DNA from: Fibrobacteria bacterium
GTDB lineage: Bacteria > Fibrobacterota > Fibrobacteria > UBA11236
DNA length: 64,000 nt
Direction: 5' to 3'
Assembly (NCBI GenBank): GCA_041746255.1
Contig: JBGTHM010000032.1
Span: 32,001-96,000 of the forward strand
Made by a program: the position numbers and the translations under genes. This document shows positions 47,015 through 57,121 of the stretch, one piece after another. Positions within the stretch are counted from its first letter, which is position 1. The number at the start of each line of letters is the position of its first letter. A model generated the notes under the pieces. It did not search any database, was not told the DNA's origin, and was given only the letters and a program-made list of their open reading frames with translations.

Positions 47015-47726
47015 AGGCCTTACCCTTTTCCTGTTTTCTTTCCTTTTGGCAGCGTGCGGACCCTCACTGAAGGAACCGCGCGAAACCCGCCGGGTGGAGA
47101 ACGTACCCGTAGACAGTTTACGTTTCCACCCCACGGGAATGCGTTATTTACAGACAGGTCAGGAGGCGGTTGTTCATTTGCGTGGGATGCAAGGTGGATT
47201 TGCTTGCGCGCGGTTCACGCGCGTCGATCTGGAAAGCAGCAATATCCCTTCCGGACAAGTGGTAGATGCCCGGGTTGACGTAGAATTACCGGCCTATCCC
47301 GATTGTCCGGTAAGCGCGGGCCGCGATTCCTTGGTGTCATTTCCGGCTGGCGGGGACAACAACAGATATTTAATGCTCCGTAACACGCTACTTGCGATAA
47401 CCGATGCGGTACGTTATGTCGACTTACCCGAAAAAATACGGCAATACCATTTTAAACCAAATACCCAGGGAAACGACACTATTGTTACAGAAGCAGGCGG
47501 GAACATGACCGCGGACACTCTGGTTTATGGACTTTTACTGGGCCATCCGCAAATATCCCTGCCGCTCTCGGTTTGCGATAGCGTCAATTATGCTCAAATC
47601 CGGAATCGAAGCGATACTATTTCCGTAACGGTATCGATAGTCAGCTTTGCCGGGGAAGCGGTTTTTCCGGCTATGTGCTTGGAAAGGTCGGCGCGGCAGG
47701 TATTGGCGTATCCGGCCCGGGATTAG
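46983..47726 (+). CDS. Hypothetical lipoprotein
   Basis: Lipobox LLAA-C; start uncertain. Confidence 0.6.
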   Translation: MRPRVHYLKIEGLTLFLFSFLLAACGPSLKEPRETRRVENVPVDSLRFHPTGMRYLQTGQEAVVHLRGMQGGFACARFTRVDLESSNIPSGQVVDARVDVELPAYPDCPVSAGRDSLVSFPAGGDNNRYLMLRNTLLAITDAVRYVDLPEKIRQYHFKPNTQGNDTIVTEAGGNMTADTLVYGLLLGHPQISLPLSVCDSVNYAQIRNRSDTISVTVSIVSFAGEAVFPAMCLERSARQVLAYPARD

Positions 47727-47741
47727 CCCGGCAGGCCCAAG

Positions 47742-48881
47742 TCAAGACTTCGGTAATCCCAGGCAATTCCGTAAGGCGCTTGCCAAATCGTACCTCGCAA
47801 TCCGGGGAAACCTTTCCGCCATGGCTTTTTCCAGTTTCGCCCTTACATCCTCCGAGCGCCATAGGGTTTCCAAGCCTGTGGACAAGGCTTCGGGATCGCC
47901 GCAATCCACTCCCAAGGCCAGCCCTTGCGCGAACTCCTCCTGGGCCGAACCGGCATGGTAAAGGGAGGGTGCTCCGTGCAAGAGCGCTTCGAATAGGGGA
48001 TAACCCCAACCCTCGTAGAGGGAGCTGGAAATGAATACCCGGCAGTTACGGTAATAGTTTTTGAGATTGGATTCGGAGACATGGCCCGTCAGAAAAACCG
48101 AACCGGTCAGGCCCAGGTCGGCAATTTTGGCCGCGATTTCGGCATGGCCCCAAGCTTTGTTCCCCACCAGGTAAAGCGGAGGAACGCCCTTCTTTCTGGA
48201 CCGTAATAGCGCATAGGCAGAGATTAACCCTCCGAAATTTTTCCGCGGCTCGAGGTTACCTACGGCGAGAAAATAGGGAGCGTCGGGAAGATTGCTCCCC
48301 CCAACTTTTTTCGCCACACCGTTAAAATGGTGGGGGTGGATAGGACGTATAACTCGGATTGAGTTGCGAGGATACCTCAATAGGGATTCAATGCGACTGG
48401 CGGTGAATCGTGTACTGGTTACCAAAACATCGGCCTGCGGCGCGCGATGGGCAAGCCACCTTCGGTTATACGGGTTGTGCAGGGACGCCCGGAATTGCAA
48501 TGAGGGTTCCAGCGGACCCATGTCGGGAATCAGTTGCAGGTAACGGGGTCGTCGCGGACGAAACGGTGGGAGGGATTGACCCAGGCAGAATACCTGGTCG
48601 GGCTTGAAGCGGGTGATGGCCAGGGGAAATTGCAGCCAGGTGAAAAGTTTCCAGGAAAAAAAACGGGGGCGAAGCGTAATGCCGGGAAGGGATGGCGCAT
48701 ACCCTGGGGGCAAAATGAAAATGAAATCAGCTGCATCGGCCGAAGCCGCGAGAGCTTCCACGAACATGCGCACGTGTTTGCCCAGCCCCGAATCGTTTTT
48801 CGCCGCCAGGGCTTCCACCATTATACGTGGCCGCGAGGAACCCCGATCCTCGGATGCAGTAGGCTCCGGGTTGGTTTTCAT
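47742..48881 (-). CDS. Glycosyltransferase family 4
   Basis: VGNLEPRKN, SLYEGWGYPLFEAL; ATGA overlap with the upstream gene. Confidence 0.9.
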   Translation of the reverse strand: MKTNPEPTASEDRGSSRPRIMVEALAAKNDSGLGKHVRMFVEALAASADAADFIFILPPGYAPSLPGITLRPRFFSWKLFTWLQFPLAITRFKPDQVFCLGQSLPPFRPRRPRYLQLIPDMGPLEPSLQFRASLHNPYNRRWLAHRAPQADVLVTSTRFTASRIESLLRYPRNSIRVIRPIHPHHFNGVAKKVGGSNLPDAPYFLAVGNLEPRKNFGGLISAYALLRSRKKGVPPLYLVGNKAWGHAEIAAKIADLGLTGSVFLTGHVSESNLKNYYRNCRVFISSSLYEGWGYPLFEALLHGAPSLYHAGSAQEEFAQGLALGVDCGDPEALSTGLETLWRSEDVRAKLEKAMAERFPRIARYDLASALRNCLGLPKS

Positions 48882-50170
48882 GCCGGTACCACCCGGATCC
48901 GCAGCGCGCGCGCCCACACGCCTCCCAGCCAAAGCAGCAGCAAGGGCAACAAGGGATAGACGAAGCGGGCGTAGGAACTGACCAGGGAGAAAGCCACGAG
49001 GGATAGCGCCAGAACTCCGACCAGGATGAGTATTTCCGCGGGGAAATGCCGCCAGCGTAGGAGAGTGGGAAAGAGGAGAAAAAGAGACAGAAAGAATGCA
49101 GGGAAATAGACCAAGCTCCAATTACCGGTGTTAAGACGGGAGTGGGAGCCTGGAAAGGTGGAAAAGGGAAAGTCCATGATAAGGCGGTTCAGGTTTGCCC
49201 TCCAATTGAGTAAGGCTTTGAGGGGATGGTTGCGGATATTCCGCACAGCCTCCCGAAGCAGCGCGGAGTTGTATTCCACGTGGTTGAGCTGGGACAGCGA
49301 TGGCAGGTAGGCACTTTGGCTTGGAAAGATTTCCGGATATTCGGAAACGATGTTGAGAGGAAAGATATCTCCCAATAGATTCGGCTCCGGAGCGGAAAGA
49401 GTGTAGAGTGCGGTTCCTCCGGAATTGGCCCAGTAGAATATCCTTCCCGTCAAAGCATAGGTATACAGTAGATATGGCAGGCAGAAAAGCAGTGCTCCAG
49501 CGAAGATGAATCCGGCGGAGGAAATCGCCCGGGTGGGTTGGAACACCCGCAGGCCCAAGCAAAGCGCCGCACATGCGACCAGCACATAACCGAAAAACAC
49601 CTTAGTCAAAGCGAGATACCCGAAAAATGCGGCGGCTATCCATAGGTAAGAGACGCTTTCAGAAGACCTGCTGGCTCGGCAGAGAAAATAAGCCCCGCCC
49701 GAAATCAAAAAATAGCAGATGGCTTCCGTCATCAGGAGTGGAAGCCAGGCTAATCCAAAAACTCCGGCGTAAAGGCTGAACACGGTTGTCAGGAGAAGGG
49801 CCGTTCGCGGCGGTAGATAAAAGGTCAGGGTACGGTATTGGAAAAATGCCGCGGCGGCCAGGAAGATGGCATTGCAGGCTTTGGCGAAAATTAAGGGGAT
49901 GTTCCAGAAAACAAAGGGCGCGAGAAAAAGCGGGTAGCCCGGTCCATTCCAGATATAGAGCGTATCCGGCGGAGCGTAAAATCCGCGCAGCAGATTATGG
50001 GCATAATAAACATAGCGTTCCTCGTCTTGGGCATAATGGCCTACGGCATTCGCAAGGATGTAAAGCAAGGCGGCAAGGAAAACTCCGACCGGGAGCAGAT
50101 ACCGGCCAAGGCGCGGGGGAAGTGAGGCATCGGGCATTTCGGTCTTTTCCGCCTCCTTCAATTCAAGCAC
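48878..50170 (-). CDS. Polytopic membrane protein, GT-C (ArnT/PMT-like)
   Basis: DE after TM1, PGYPLFL, LMTE, ARF. Confidence 0.7.
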   Translation of the reverse strand: MLELKEAEKTEMPDASLPPRLGRYLLPVGVFLAALLYILANAVGHYAQDEERYVYYAHNLLRGFYAPPDTLYIWNGPGYPLFLAPFVFWNIPLIFAKACNAIFLAAAAFFQYRTLTFYLPPRTALLLTTVFSLYAGVFGLAWLPLLMTEAICYFLISGGAYFLCRASRSSESVSYLWIAAAFFGYLALTKVFFGYVLVACAALCLGLRVFQPTRAISSAGFIFAGALLFCLPYLLYTYALTGRIFYWANSGGTALYTLSAPEPNLLGDIFPLNIVSEYPEIFPSQSAYLPSLSQLNHVEYNSALLREAVRNIRNHPLKALLNWRANLNRLIMDFPFSTFPGSHSRLNTGNWSLVYFPAFFLSLFLLFPTLLRWRHFPAEILILVGVLALSLVAFSLVSSYARFVYPLLPLLLLWLGGVWARALRIRVVPA

Positions 50171-50258
50171 CCCGAAAACGGGGGTAGCCGCCTTTTCCGA
50201 CCGGGGAAGCGCCAGGCTTCGAATCGCCGCCGGAGTAGGCGCCTTTTAGGATACTATA

Positions 50259-51527
50259 TTGGGACGAAGGCTTGCATTACTCTCTCCAACGGATTCGCAT
50301 CGACTTGTGATTTACACCGCCGATCTTGTCGTTACTTTGGATGGCGCCCCCTTGGAGCGCGGTTTTCTGCGAGTGGAAAACGGCTTTATCACCGAGGTCG
50401 GAGTTCAAACCGATCTGGTCGGATATGTCGGTATCCGGCGTGATTTGGGAGACGCGGTTCTGCTCCCCGGGCTTATCAACTCACATTGCCATTTAGAGTT
50501 GGGCATGGCCCGGAATTTTGCCCAACCGGGAGTCTCCTTTACCCTTTGGGTGGCGCGCCTCCGGAATTTCCTGGAAGGGCGTGCTGCGGCTGAATATGGT
50601 ATCGCCGCTCGCCTGGGCGCCTTGGAATGCCTGAAAAATGGTATCACCACCGTGGTGGACGTGGGGAATACCGGCCATGCGCTAGAGGCGCTGTCGCGGG
50701 TTCCCTTGCGCTCCTTCGCCCATGTCGAAGTGCTGGGATTGAATCCGGCGGAGGCTTTGGAAAGATTGGAAAAGGCCCGAGTCCTGCTTGCGCGGGATTT
50801 TCCCGATCACTGTCGCGTAGGTCTTGCGCCGCACGCACCCTATTCCTGTTCGCATCAATTGTTGCTCGCCCTGATCGCTGATGCCCGGACGGAAGGAGGA
50901 AGCGGGATTTTCACCATGCACGTGGCTGAAAGCGCGGAAGAGGATGAATTTTTTCGGCGGGGGAGCGGGGCGTTACGGGATTTTTGCGAACGGATTTTTC
51001 CCGGCTTACCACCGTCGTCCGCCTGCGGAAGCGTGCGCCACCTCCTTGATAACGGATTGTTGCCTGCAGGCGCCTTGTTGGCGCATTGCAATACCCTGGA
51101 TGGCGGCGATATCGCCGCGTTGCGTGACTTGGATGTTTCCATCGTCCATTGCCCGAAAAGCCATGCGTATTTTAAACATCCGGAATTTCCGCTGGAGAAA
51201 TGCCTGGCTGCGGGAATCAACGTGTGCCTGGGAACGGATAGCCTGGCTTCTAACGACACGCTGAACCTATTCGATGAAATGGCGGAATTGCACGCGCTGC
51301 ACCCGGAAATTCCTGCCCTGGAAATTGTGGCTATGGCCACGGTGAATGCCGCCAGGGCCCTGAATCTTTCCGATTTTCTCGGGCGCCTGAAGACAGGATT
51401 TCGGGCGGATTTCATCGCGTTGCGGCCTGGAGCTTCCGCAGGAGATAATGTCTATGCGGAGCTGGTTTCCGAGGAAAGGGAGGTTATGCTGGTGGTAATC
51501 GGAGGGGAGGAGGTTATCTGTGAATAG
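50259..51527 (+). CDS. Metal-dependent amidohydrolase (MtaD/nucleoside deaminase-like)
   Basis: PGLINSHCH, APHAPY, HVAES, HCPKS, GTDSLASN. Confidence 0.88.
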   Translation: MGRRLALLSPTDSHRLVIYTADLVVTLDGAPLERGFLRVENGFITEVGVQTDLVGYVGIRRDLGDAVLLPGLINSHCHLELGMARNFAQPGVSFTLWVARLRNFLEGRAAAEYGIAARLGALECLKNGITTVVDVGNTGHALEALSRVPLRSFAHVEVLGLNPAEALERLEKARVLLARDFPDHCRVGLAPHAPYSCSHQLLLALIADARTEGGSGIFTMHVAESAEEDEFFRRGSGALRDFCERIFPGLPPSSACGSVRHLLDNGLLPAGALLAHCNTLDGGDIAALRDLDVSIVHCPKSHAYFKHPEFPLEKCLAAGINVCLGTDSLASNDTLNLFDEMAELHALHPEIPALEIVAMATVNAARALNLSDFLGRLKTGFRADFIALRPGASAGDNVYAELVSEEREVMLVVIGGEEVICE

Positions 51528-51549
51528 ATTCCCTTGTAATTTAGGCGCT

Positions 51550-52803
51550 ATGCGTTTTCCGGTCTCTATCCTATTGCTGGCGCTGTCCATTGTAAGAGCC
51601 GACATGCTGCTCATTCCCATGGACTTGACCCAGACCAATCATTTGAAGGCCTATGGCGCGGCTTACCGGGCCGTGAACGGGGGCCTGACGGTGGAGTGGC
51701 TTCTCAATTACCGCGGCGGGAGCTTCCTCATGCCGCCTACTACGGAGCTGCGTTTGTGGGCCGCCGAACGGGGCATCCTCTTCGAGGTCATCGGCGACAG
51801 TCGGGTCGACGCCCTATTCACGGAGATGGAGGCCTCCAATATGGAGCGGGTAATTCTTGAGAAGGCTCCGCAAATCGCGGTTTACACTCCGCTGACGAAA
51901 CAACCTTGGGACGATGCGGTAACCTTGGCCTTGAGTTATGCCGAAATTCCTTATTCCAAGATTTACGACCGAGAAATTCTGGAAGGCGAATTGGGCCGCT
52001 ACGATTGGTTGCATTTGCATCACGAAGATTTCACCGGCCAGAACTCCAAGTTTCACGCGGCTTTCAGTAATGCACCGTGGTATATCAATCAATCGGCGAC
52101 CAATCAACGTCAAGCCGAAGAGTTGGGCCTGCGAAACAACGTGCAGTTGAAAAAGGCGGTGGTACTGGCCTTGCGCGATTATGTGGAAAATGGCGGGTTC
52201 CTTTTCGCCATGTGTCTGGCTTGCACGACTTTGGACATCGCCTTGAGCACGGTTAAAACGGATGCCGTGGGGGCCATTTTCGACGGGACTCCGCCGGCTC
52301 CCGATTTTCGCGACAAAATGGATTACAGTCTCGCGCTGGCTTTCGAGAATTTCGACGTGGATCCCGATCCCATGTCGTCGACGCATGGCGATCTCGATTA
52401 CAATCAAGTGAACGCGGGTCCCTTATTGCGGCGGCCCGCCAATGATTTCATACTGTTCGATTTTTCGCCCAAATACGATCCGGTGCCCTCCATGCTGGTC
52501 CAGAATCACACCGATCACGTGAAAGGTTTTTTCGGCCTGGCCACCTCTTTTCGCAAAAAATACGTCAAGAGTTCCATGACCATTTTGGCGGAGGTTGATG
52601 GCCAGGACGCGGTGCGGTACCTGCACGGCAATCTGGGCCGGGGACAATTCACGTACTATGGCGGACACGATCCGGAGGATTACTCCCATGCGGTGGGAGA
52701 TGCCCCCACGGATCTCGATTTGCACCGGAATTCTCCGGGCTATCGCCTTATTCTCAATAACGTACTCTATCCCGCCGCCCGCAAGCAGAAGCGCAAGACT
52801 TGA
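51550..52803 (+). CDS. Conserved secreted protein with class I glutamine-amidotransferase-like fold
   Basis: Signal peptide; NHLKAYG, WLLNYRGGSF, WLHLHHEDFTGQ, GGFLFAMC, GGHDPEDY. Confidence 0.7.
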   Translation: MRFPVSILLLALSIVRADMLLIPMDLTQTNHLKAYGAAYRAVNGGLTVEWLLNYRGGSFLMPPTTELRLWAAERGILFEVIGDSRVDALFTEMEASNMERVILEKAPQIAVYTPLTKQPWDDAVTLALSYAEIPYSKIYDREILEGELGRYDWLHLHHEDFTGQNSKFHAAFSNAPWYINQSATNQRQAEELGLRNNVQLKKAVVLALRDYVENGGFLFAMCLACTTLDIALSTVKTDAVGAIFDGTPPAPDFRDKMDYSLALAFENFDVDPDPMSSTHGDLDYNQVNAGPLLRRPANDFILFDFSPKYDPVPSMLVQNHTDHVKGFFGLATSFRKKYVKSSMTILAEVDGQDAVRYLHGNLGRGQFTYYGGHDPEDYSHAVGDAPTDLDLHRNSPGYRLILNNVLYPAARKQKRKT

Positions 52804-52815
52804 CATGGGCGCGCC

Positions 52816-53853
52816 ATGAGCCAGGACCTGCGCAGTCTTTTGGCCGATTTTTTCGCGGGCGAGGAGTGCGTACTCGAATGGGGGGTAGCACCGGCGGAAC
52901 CCCCTCCGCACGCCGATTTGCTGCGCGCTTGGGTGGGGGAAGGCAAGCATGCGGGCATGGGCTATATGGCTACGGCCCTGGAGGAGCGCTGCGATCCCCG
53001 GATTCGCTACCCCTGGGCCCGCTCCATCGTGATGTTCAGTCTTGCTTACCCCGACGCCTGGCCTACGCAAGACGAGGGGCTTCCGTATCAAGTCGCGGCC
53101 TATGCACGGGGGAAAGATTACCATGCGGTGGCGCGGGGTGTGCTGACCCGGTGCGAAGGGCGTATTCGCGAGGCCTGGCGGAATACCTTGCAGTTCGCCG
53201 GGTTTGTCGATACCGCGCCGGTATTCGAGAGGGACTTGGCCGCAGAGGCGGGATTGGGATGGCGCGGCAAGAATTGCTGCACCTTGAGCCGCACCCAGGG
53301 ATCCGGTTTCTGCCTGGCGGGATTTTTCCTCGATCAATATCTGGAAACGGCGGCGCCCTTGCAGGAATTTTGTGGAGGATGCACTCGCTGCATCGATAGC
53401 TGCCCCACCGAAGCGTTTTCAGCTCCAGGCCGTCTGGATGCCGCAAAGTGCATTTCCTATTGGACCATTGAGCATAAGGGAGCCGTGCCTCCAGAGCTTT
53501 CCCATCGCTTCGGAGACTGGATTTTCGGCTGCGATATTTGCCAGAGCGTTTGCCCGTGGAATCATAAACACCGCGCTCCCCGGCAAAAGGACGATGCTTA
53601 TTCCTTGAGCGGTCCGGAATGGGCGCGGCTGCTTCGCAAGGGAGGCGGGTTTCAATCCCGTTTCAAGCAGAGTCCGCTCACGCGCGCCGGACGGAAATCG
53701 TTGCTTCGTAACCTGGCGATAGCCGCACGCAATCGGGGGGATGTCGAGATGGTGGATCCGTTGCGCGAAGCTTTGTCGGATGAAACGGACGAATCGCTTC
53801 GGCTGGAGTTGGAATCCACCTTGCGCACGCTGGATTCAGGTTCCCTTCCTTAG
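52816..53853 (+). CDS. queG: Epoxyqueuosine reductase
   Basis: YARGKDYH, VDTAPVFER, CGGCTRCIDSCPT, CISYWTIE, GCDICQSVCPWN. Confidence 0.93.
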   Translation: MSQDLRSLLADFFAGEECVLEWGVAPAEPPPHADLLRAWVGEGKHAGMGYMATALEERCDPRIRYPWARSIVMFSLAYPDAWPTQDEGLPYQVAAYARGKDYHAVARGVLTRCEGRIREAWRNTLQFAGFVDTAPVFERDLAAEAGLGWRGKNCCTLSRTQGSGFCLAGFFLDQYLETAAPLQEFCGGCTRCIDSCPTEAFSAPGRLDAAKCISYWTIEHKGAVPPELSHRFGDWIFGCDICQSVCPWNHKHRAPRQKDDAYSLSGPEWARLLRKGGGFQSRFKQSPLTRAGRKSLLRNLAIAARNRGDVEMVDPLREALSDETDESLRLELESTLRTLDSGSLP

Positions 53854-53862
53854 CGTATCGCC

Positions 53863-54981
53863 CTATTTGACGGGAATTTTGGGAACATAGGTGAGGATAT
53901 CGTCGCCTCCGCTTTCTTTCACGCTGTACATGGCTTTGTCCGCCTGGCGGATGAATTCCTTGAGCGCGTCGTCTTGCGATTCGAGGTTGGGGTCGTATTG
54001 CGAAATACCGATTGAGAGCGAGGTCGGTTTCAAGGCATGCTTGCGGTACAAGGTCAATATCCGCTCGCAAATCGCCTGGCCTCCCTCGGCGGTGGTATCC
54101 GGAAGCACCAACACGAATTCGTCTCCGCCGTAACGGTAGGCGGTATCCATGTCCGAACGTAACTCGGCGTTGAAAATATGGCCCAGGGTGACCAGCAGTT
54201 GATCGCCTGCCTGATGTCCCTTGGTGTCATTGTATTCCTTGAAATGATCGATGTCTATCAGCACTATGGTCAGCGGCCGGTCGGGAAAGCGCTTTTGCGC
54301 CTTCATCAAGCGGCCCAGCTCCGCGTTGAGATGCCTTACATTGAACAGGCCGGTAAGGGCGTCGGTCATGGAAAGCCGAAGTAATTGCTCGTTCTTCTCC
54401 TGGAGCTGGCGCTCCAAGTGCCGCCTGTTGGTCACATTGCTGCAATTGAAGACTTCTCCGATAACCTCCTCTTCCCGCTTGAGCATACGCTTGACGCTTA
54501 CCGAAAGCCAAACCTCATTTCCCTCTTGGGGAGATTTCACTTTTATTTCTGCGGCCTCCGCTGAACCCGTGGCCTCGACCTTCCGCAACAATTCATCCAC
54601 TTCCTCCGGATGGGCGAACAGCGACTGGACTTCCTTGCCTACCACTTCCGACTGGGATGAACCAAAGGTCTGTTCGGAACCGCGGTTGAATTTCAGAATG
54701 CGATGATCGGTGTCGGTGGTGAAGATGATGTTTCCGGAATTGGTGATGACCGCTTCGAAATACCACGCCTTGGTTTCCAGACGCCGTTGCTTGAGTTCCA
54801 ATACCTTTAAAACTTCGGTTTTTTCGCGTAACTGGCGATGCAGCAAAACCAGCAGGGCCGATAGCAACAGGGCCAAGCCATAAGCGGGCGATTGGTCCGA
54901 TCTTACACCGTAGGTGAAAAGGGCGAGCATCCCCACGAGGAGGCTAGCGTGGCCAATCGTGACCCAACTTCCTGTTTGCAT
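53863..54981 (-). CDS. Membrane diguanylate cyclase (2TM-PAS-GGDEF)
   Basis: TDALTGLFN, DIDHFK, RYGGDEF, ADKAMY. Confidence 0.93.
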   Translation of the reverse strand: MQTGSWVTIGHASLLVGMLALFTYGVRSDQSPAYGLALLLSALLVLLHRQLREKTEVLKVLELKQRRLETKAWYFEAVITNSGNIIFTTDTDHRILKFNRGSEQTFGSSQSEVVGKEVQSLFAHPEEVDELLRKVEATGSAEAAEIKVKSPQEGNEVWLSVSVKRMLKREEEVIGEVFNCSNVTNRRHLERQLQEKNEQLLRLSMTDALTGLFNVRHLNAELGRLMKAQKRFPDRPLTIVLIDIDHFKEYNDTKGHQAGDQLLVTLGHIFNAELRSDMDTAYRYGGDEFVLVLPDTTAEGGQAICERILTLYRKHALKPTSLSIGISQYDPNLESQDDALKEFIRQADKAMYSVKESGGDDILTYVPKIPVK

Positions 54982-55049
54982 TATTTGTGATATACCTTTG
55001 GGTGAATTCTATCCAATTAATCCAGCTCAAGCAACTACAGAAACGGCAC

Positions 55050-56543
55050 TTAACCAAAATAATCTTGGATTTCGCTGATTGCCTGGTGGAGTCGCATTTT
55101 ACGTAAGTTGAGAAATTCATCCAAAGGTAAAGTATTCAGTCCGTTGATGGCAATGCGATAGGCTTCCCAGATAATGTTGTTCGCATGTCGGAGGGAAAAA
55201 TCGGCTTCCAATTGTTCCACGCGTTGCAAATGGAGTGCATTGGGCTGGAGGCGGGCTGATTCCAGTGCGGAAAGGAGCTCTGTGGCCCCCGTATTCCAGG
55301 GAGAGGGTGAAATGGGTGGGTAAGCCGGAGGCTGCAGGGAGGAAGATGCAAGGGAGGGAGCAAAAAGGGGGAGACGTCTTCCGGATCCCTGTTGGTAGGG
55401 GTGGGGGTTATGCTGGGGGTCTCGGAGGATTTGGGCCTGCAGGCCATCGTCCCAAGTCGTTTCCCATAAAGGGATTTTTGTGGGAATTCGCCCACGTAAA
55501 ATCAAACCCGCTACCGTTTCGGAGGTGATTTCAGCCAGGCTTGGGCTAGGATCCGATAAGGCCAGTTTGGGAGTATGGGGCGGCTGGATTTGCAAGATGA
55601 AATGCCCTGGACCGTAGGGACCCGTTTCGATGGGATTGGAAGCTCCGAAAAGCGCGATGCAGCGCTTACCGGTCAACGCGGCCAAATGCATGGTCAAGGT
55701 ATCGCCGCTTACCACCAGACTACTGCTGCGAACCCGTTCCGGCATGTCACGCAGGCGAGTGCAGCCAACTTGGTTATCCACCCGTGGGCGGGTGGATTCA
55801 GGAAGGTCATGCATAATCAATTCGGCAAGCGTCTTTTCCTCGGGGGCGCCGGTGAGAACCAGGGTGTGACCCGCTTCAACCAGTAAGTGAGCCAAACGAA
55901 CCCAATGAGGCGCCGGCCAGCGTTTCCCCGGCCATGCGGAACCCGGATGCAGGAGGATGGGTAGGTCATTTGCCGGTAGGGGGTTAAGGCCGACTTCAGG
56001 GTTGGGCGTATAGGCGCTAAGATGCAGGGGAGCGGCTCCAGGCGGCAAGTCTTGCCGTAAGGCGACAATACAGGCCCGGACATAAATATCCACGGCATGC
56101 CAGGGATTCTGCGGCCTTGCGGCTGGTATGGCGAAGAGATGCTCCAGAGCCCGGGAAACAACGCGCATGGGCCCCCGGTCGTCTAGTTGCAGCCCAATTT
56201 TGGAGCGGGCCTTTACCAGGGATTGTAAAACTCCGCCGAAATTCTCCTGGAATAGGTTAACGGATAAATCATAGGTCTCAGTCTGCAATTCCTTGATCCA
56301 TGAGGTCAAATCCGCTAACAACCCGGAGTAATCCTCTTGCGATAAAGCTTGGTTGAGGGCGGCACGGGGCAGCACATGGACCCGGTTTAGTGCGGGATGG
56401 CCTTCGACCAATTCGCAGGTTTCGTCCGCGGCAAGATAATCGATGTCGATGGCCGGAAAATGGTGTTTTAGACGTTCCGCCGTGATTAACCCCATAACCA
56501 CGTCTCCCGGATTATGGGGTAGGATAAGGAGCACCCGCTTCAC
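55050..56543 (-). CDS. Glycosyltransferase family 9 (heptosyltransferase-like)
   Basis: PGDVV, HPGSAWPGKRWP, SGDTLTMHLAA. Confidence 0.88.
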   Translation of the reverse strand: MKRVLLILPHNPGDVVMGLITAERLKHHFPAIDIDYLAADETCELVEGHPALNRVHVLPRAALNQALSQEDYSGLLADLTSWIKELQTETYDLSVNLFQENFGGVLQSLVKARSKIGLQLDDRGPMRVVSRALEHLFAIPAARPQNPWHAVDIYVRACIVALRQDLPPGAAPLHLSAYTPNPEVGLNPLPANDLPILLHPGSAWPGKRWPAPHWVRLAHLLVEAGHTLVLTGAPEEKTLAELIMHDLPESTRPRVDNQVGCTRLRDMPERVRSSSLVVSGDTLTMHLAALTGKRCIALFGASNPIETGPYGPGHFILQIQPPHTPKLALSDPSPSLAEITSETVAGLILRGRIPTKIPLWETTWDDGLQAQILRDPQHNPHPYQQGSGRRLPLFAPSLASSSLQPPAYPPISPSPWNTGATELLSALESARLQPNALHLQRVEQLEADFSLRHANNIIWEAYRIAINGLNTLPLDEFLNLRKMRLHQAISEIQDYFG

Positions 56544-56692
56544 TGGTCGGTATAGCCTTGCTCAAGCCGGGTTTGCTTGCGGGTAATAAAATAGGCGAGA
56601 AGCAGGATTTTATCCTCTTCGGTCAAAAGATCTTCCCTTTTCCGTTTTTCGGATACAGCTTCCGCCATACGCTTGAAGCGGGCTTTATCCAT
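56540..56692 (-). CDS. Small hypothetical protein
   Basis: Stop overlaps the GT9 GTG start (GTGA). Confidence 0.5.
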   Translation of the reverse strand: MDKARFKRMAEAVSEKRKREDLLTEEDKILLLAYFITRKQTRLEQGYTDQ

Positions 56693-56772
56693 GGTTATAA
56701 GGTTCCCATTTAATTTCTGGAAAAGGCAAGTTTTCATGGAAAGAACCGGGGAGACAGGTTATTTTTTCCCTC

Positions 56773-56979
56773 ATGCCGAAGTATGCCATCGCTTTTGTGA
56801 GTCCCGATTCGTCCATTGTACATCGAGTCGTGGAAATGGATTCCCGCGAATCCGCCTTGCAGTTTTTTTTCCAGCAATTCGTGTCCCAAGGGTATACCCA
56901 GGATGCGGAGGGATTGAACTATTTCATGGAAGATTTTTTCGACCCTGAATGTCCCATGGGAAGTGTCCTGGAGATTTAA
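56773..56979 (+). CDS. Small hypothetical protein
   Basis: Globular-looking 68-aa ORF in the intergenic gap. Confidence 0.55.
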   Translation: MPKYAIAFVSPDSSIVHRVVEMDSRESALQFFFQQFVSQGYTQDAEGLNYFMEDFFDPECPMGSVLEI

Positions 56980-57121
56980 GGGCGAAAAGGACGCGCGTTC
57001 TCATCAATTCTTGATTCAGACGCATCTCACCGGCATCACTTCAGCGTCGTCCACACCGAAATAAATCACGCTGCGAGGGAGCCGCCCCGGTTTATTCTGT
57101 TCTAAATTGGAGGGAAGCGAC

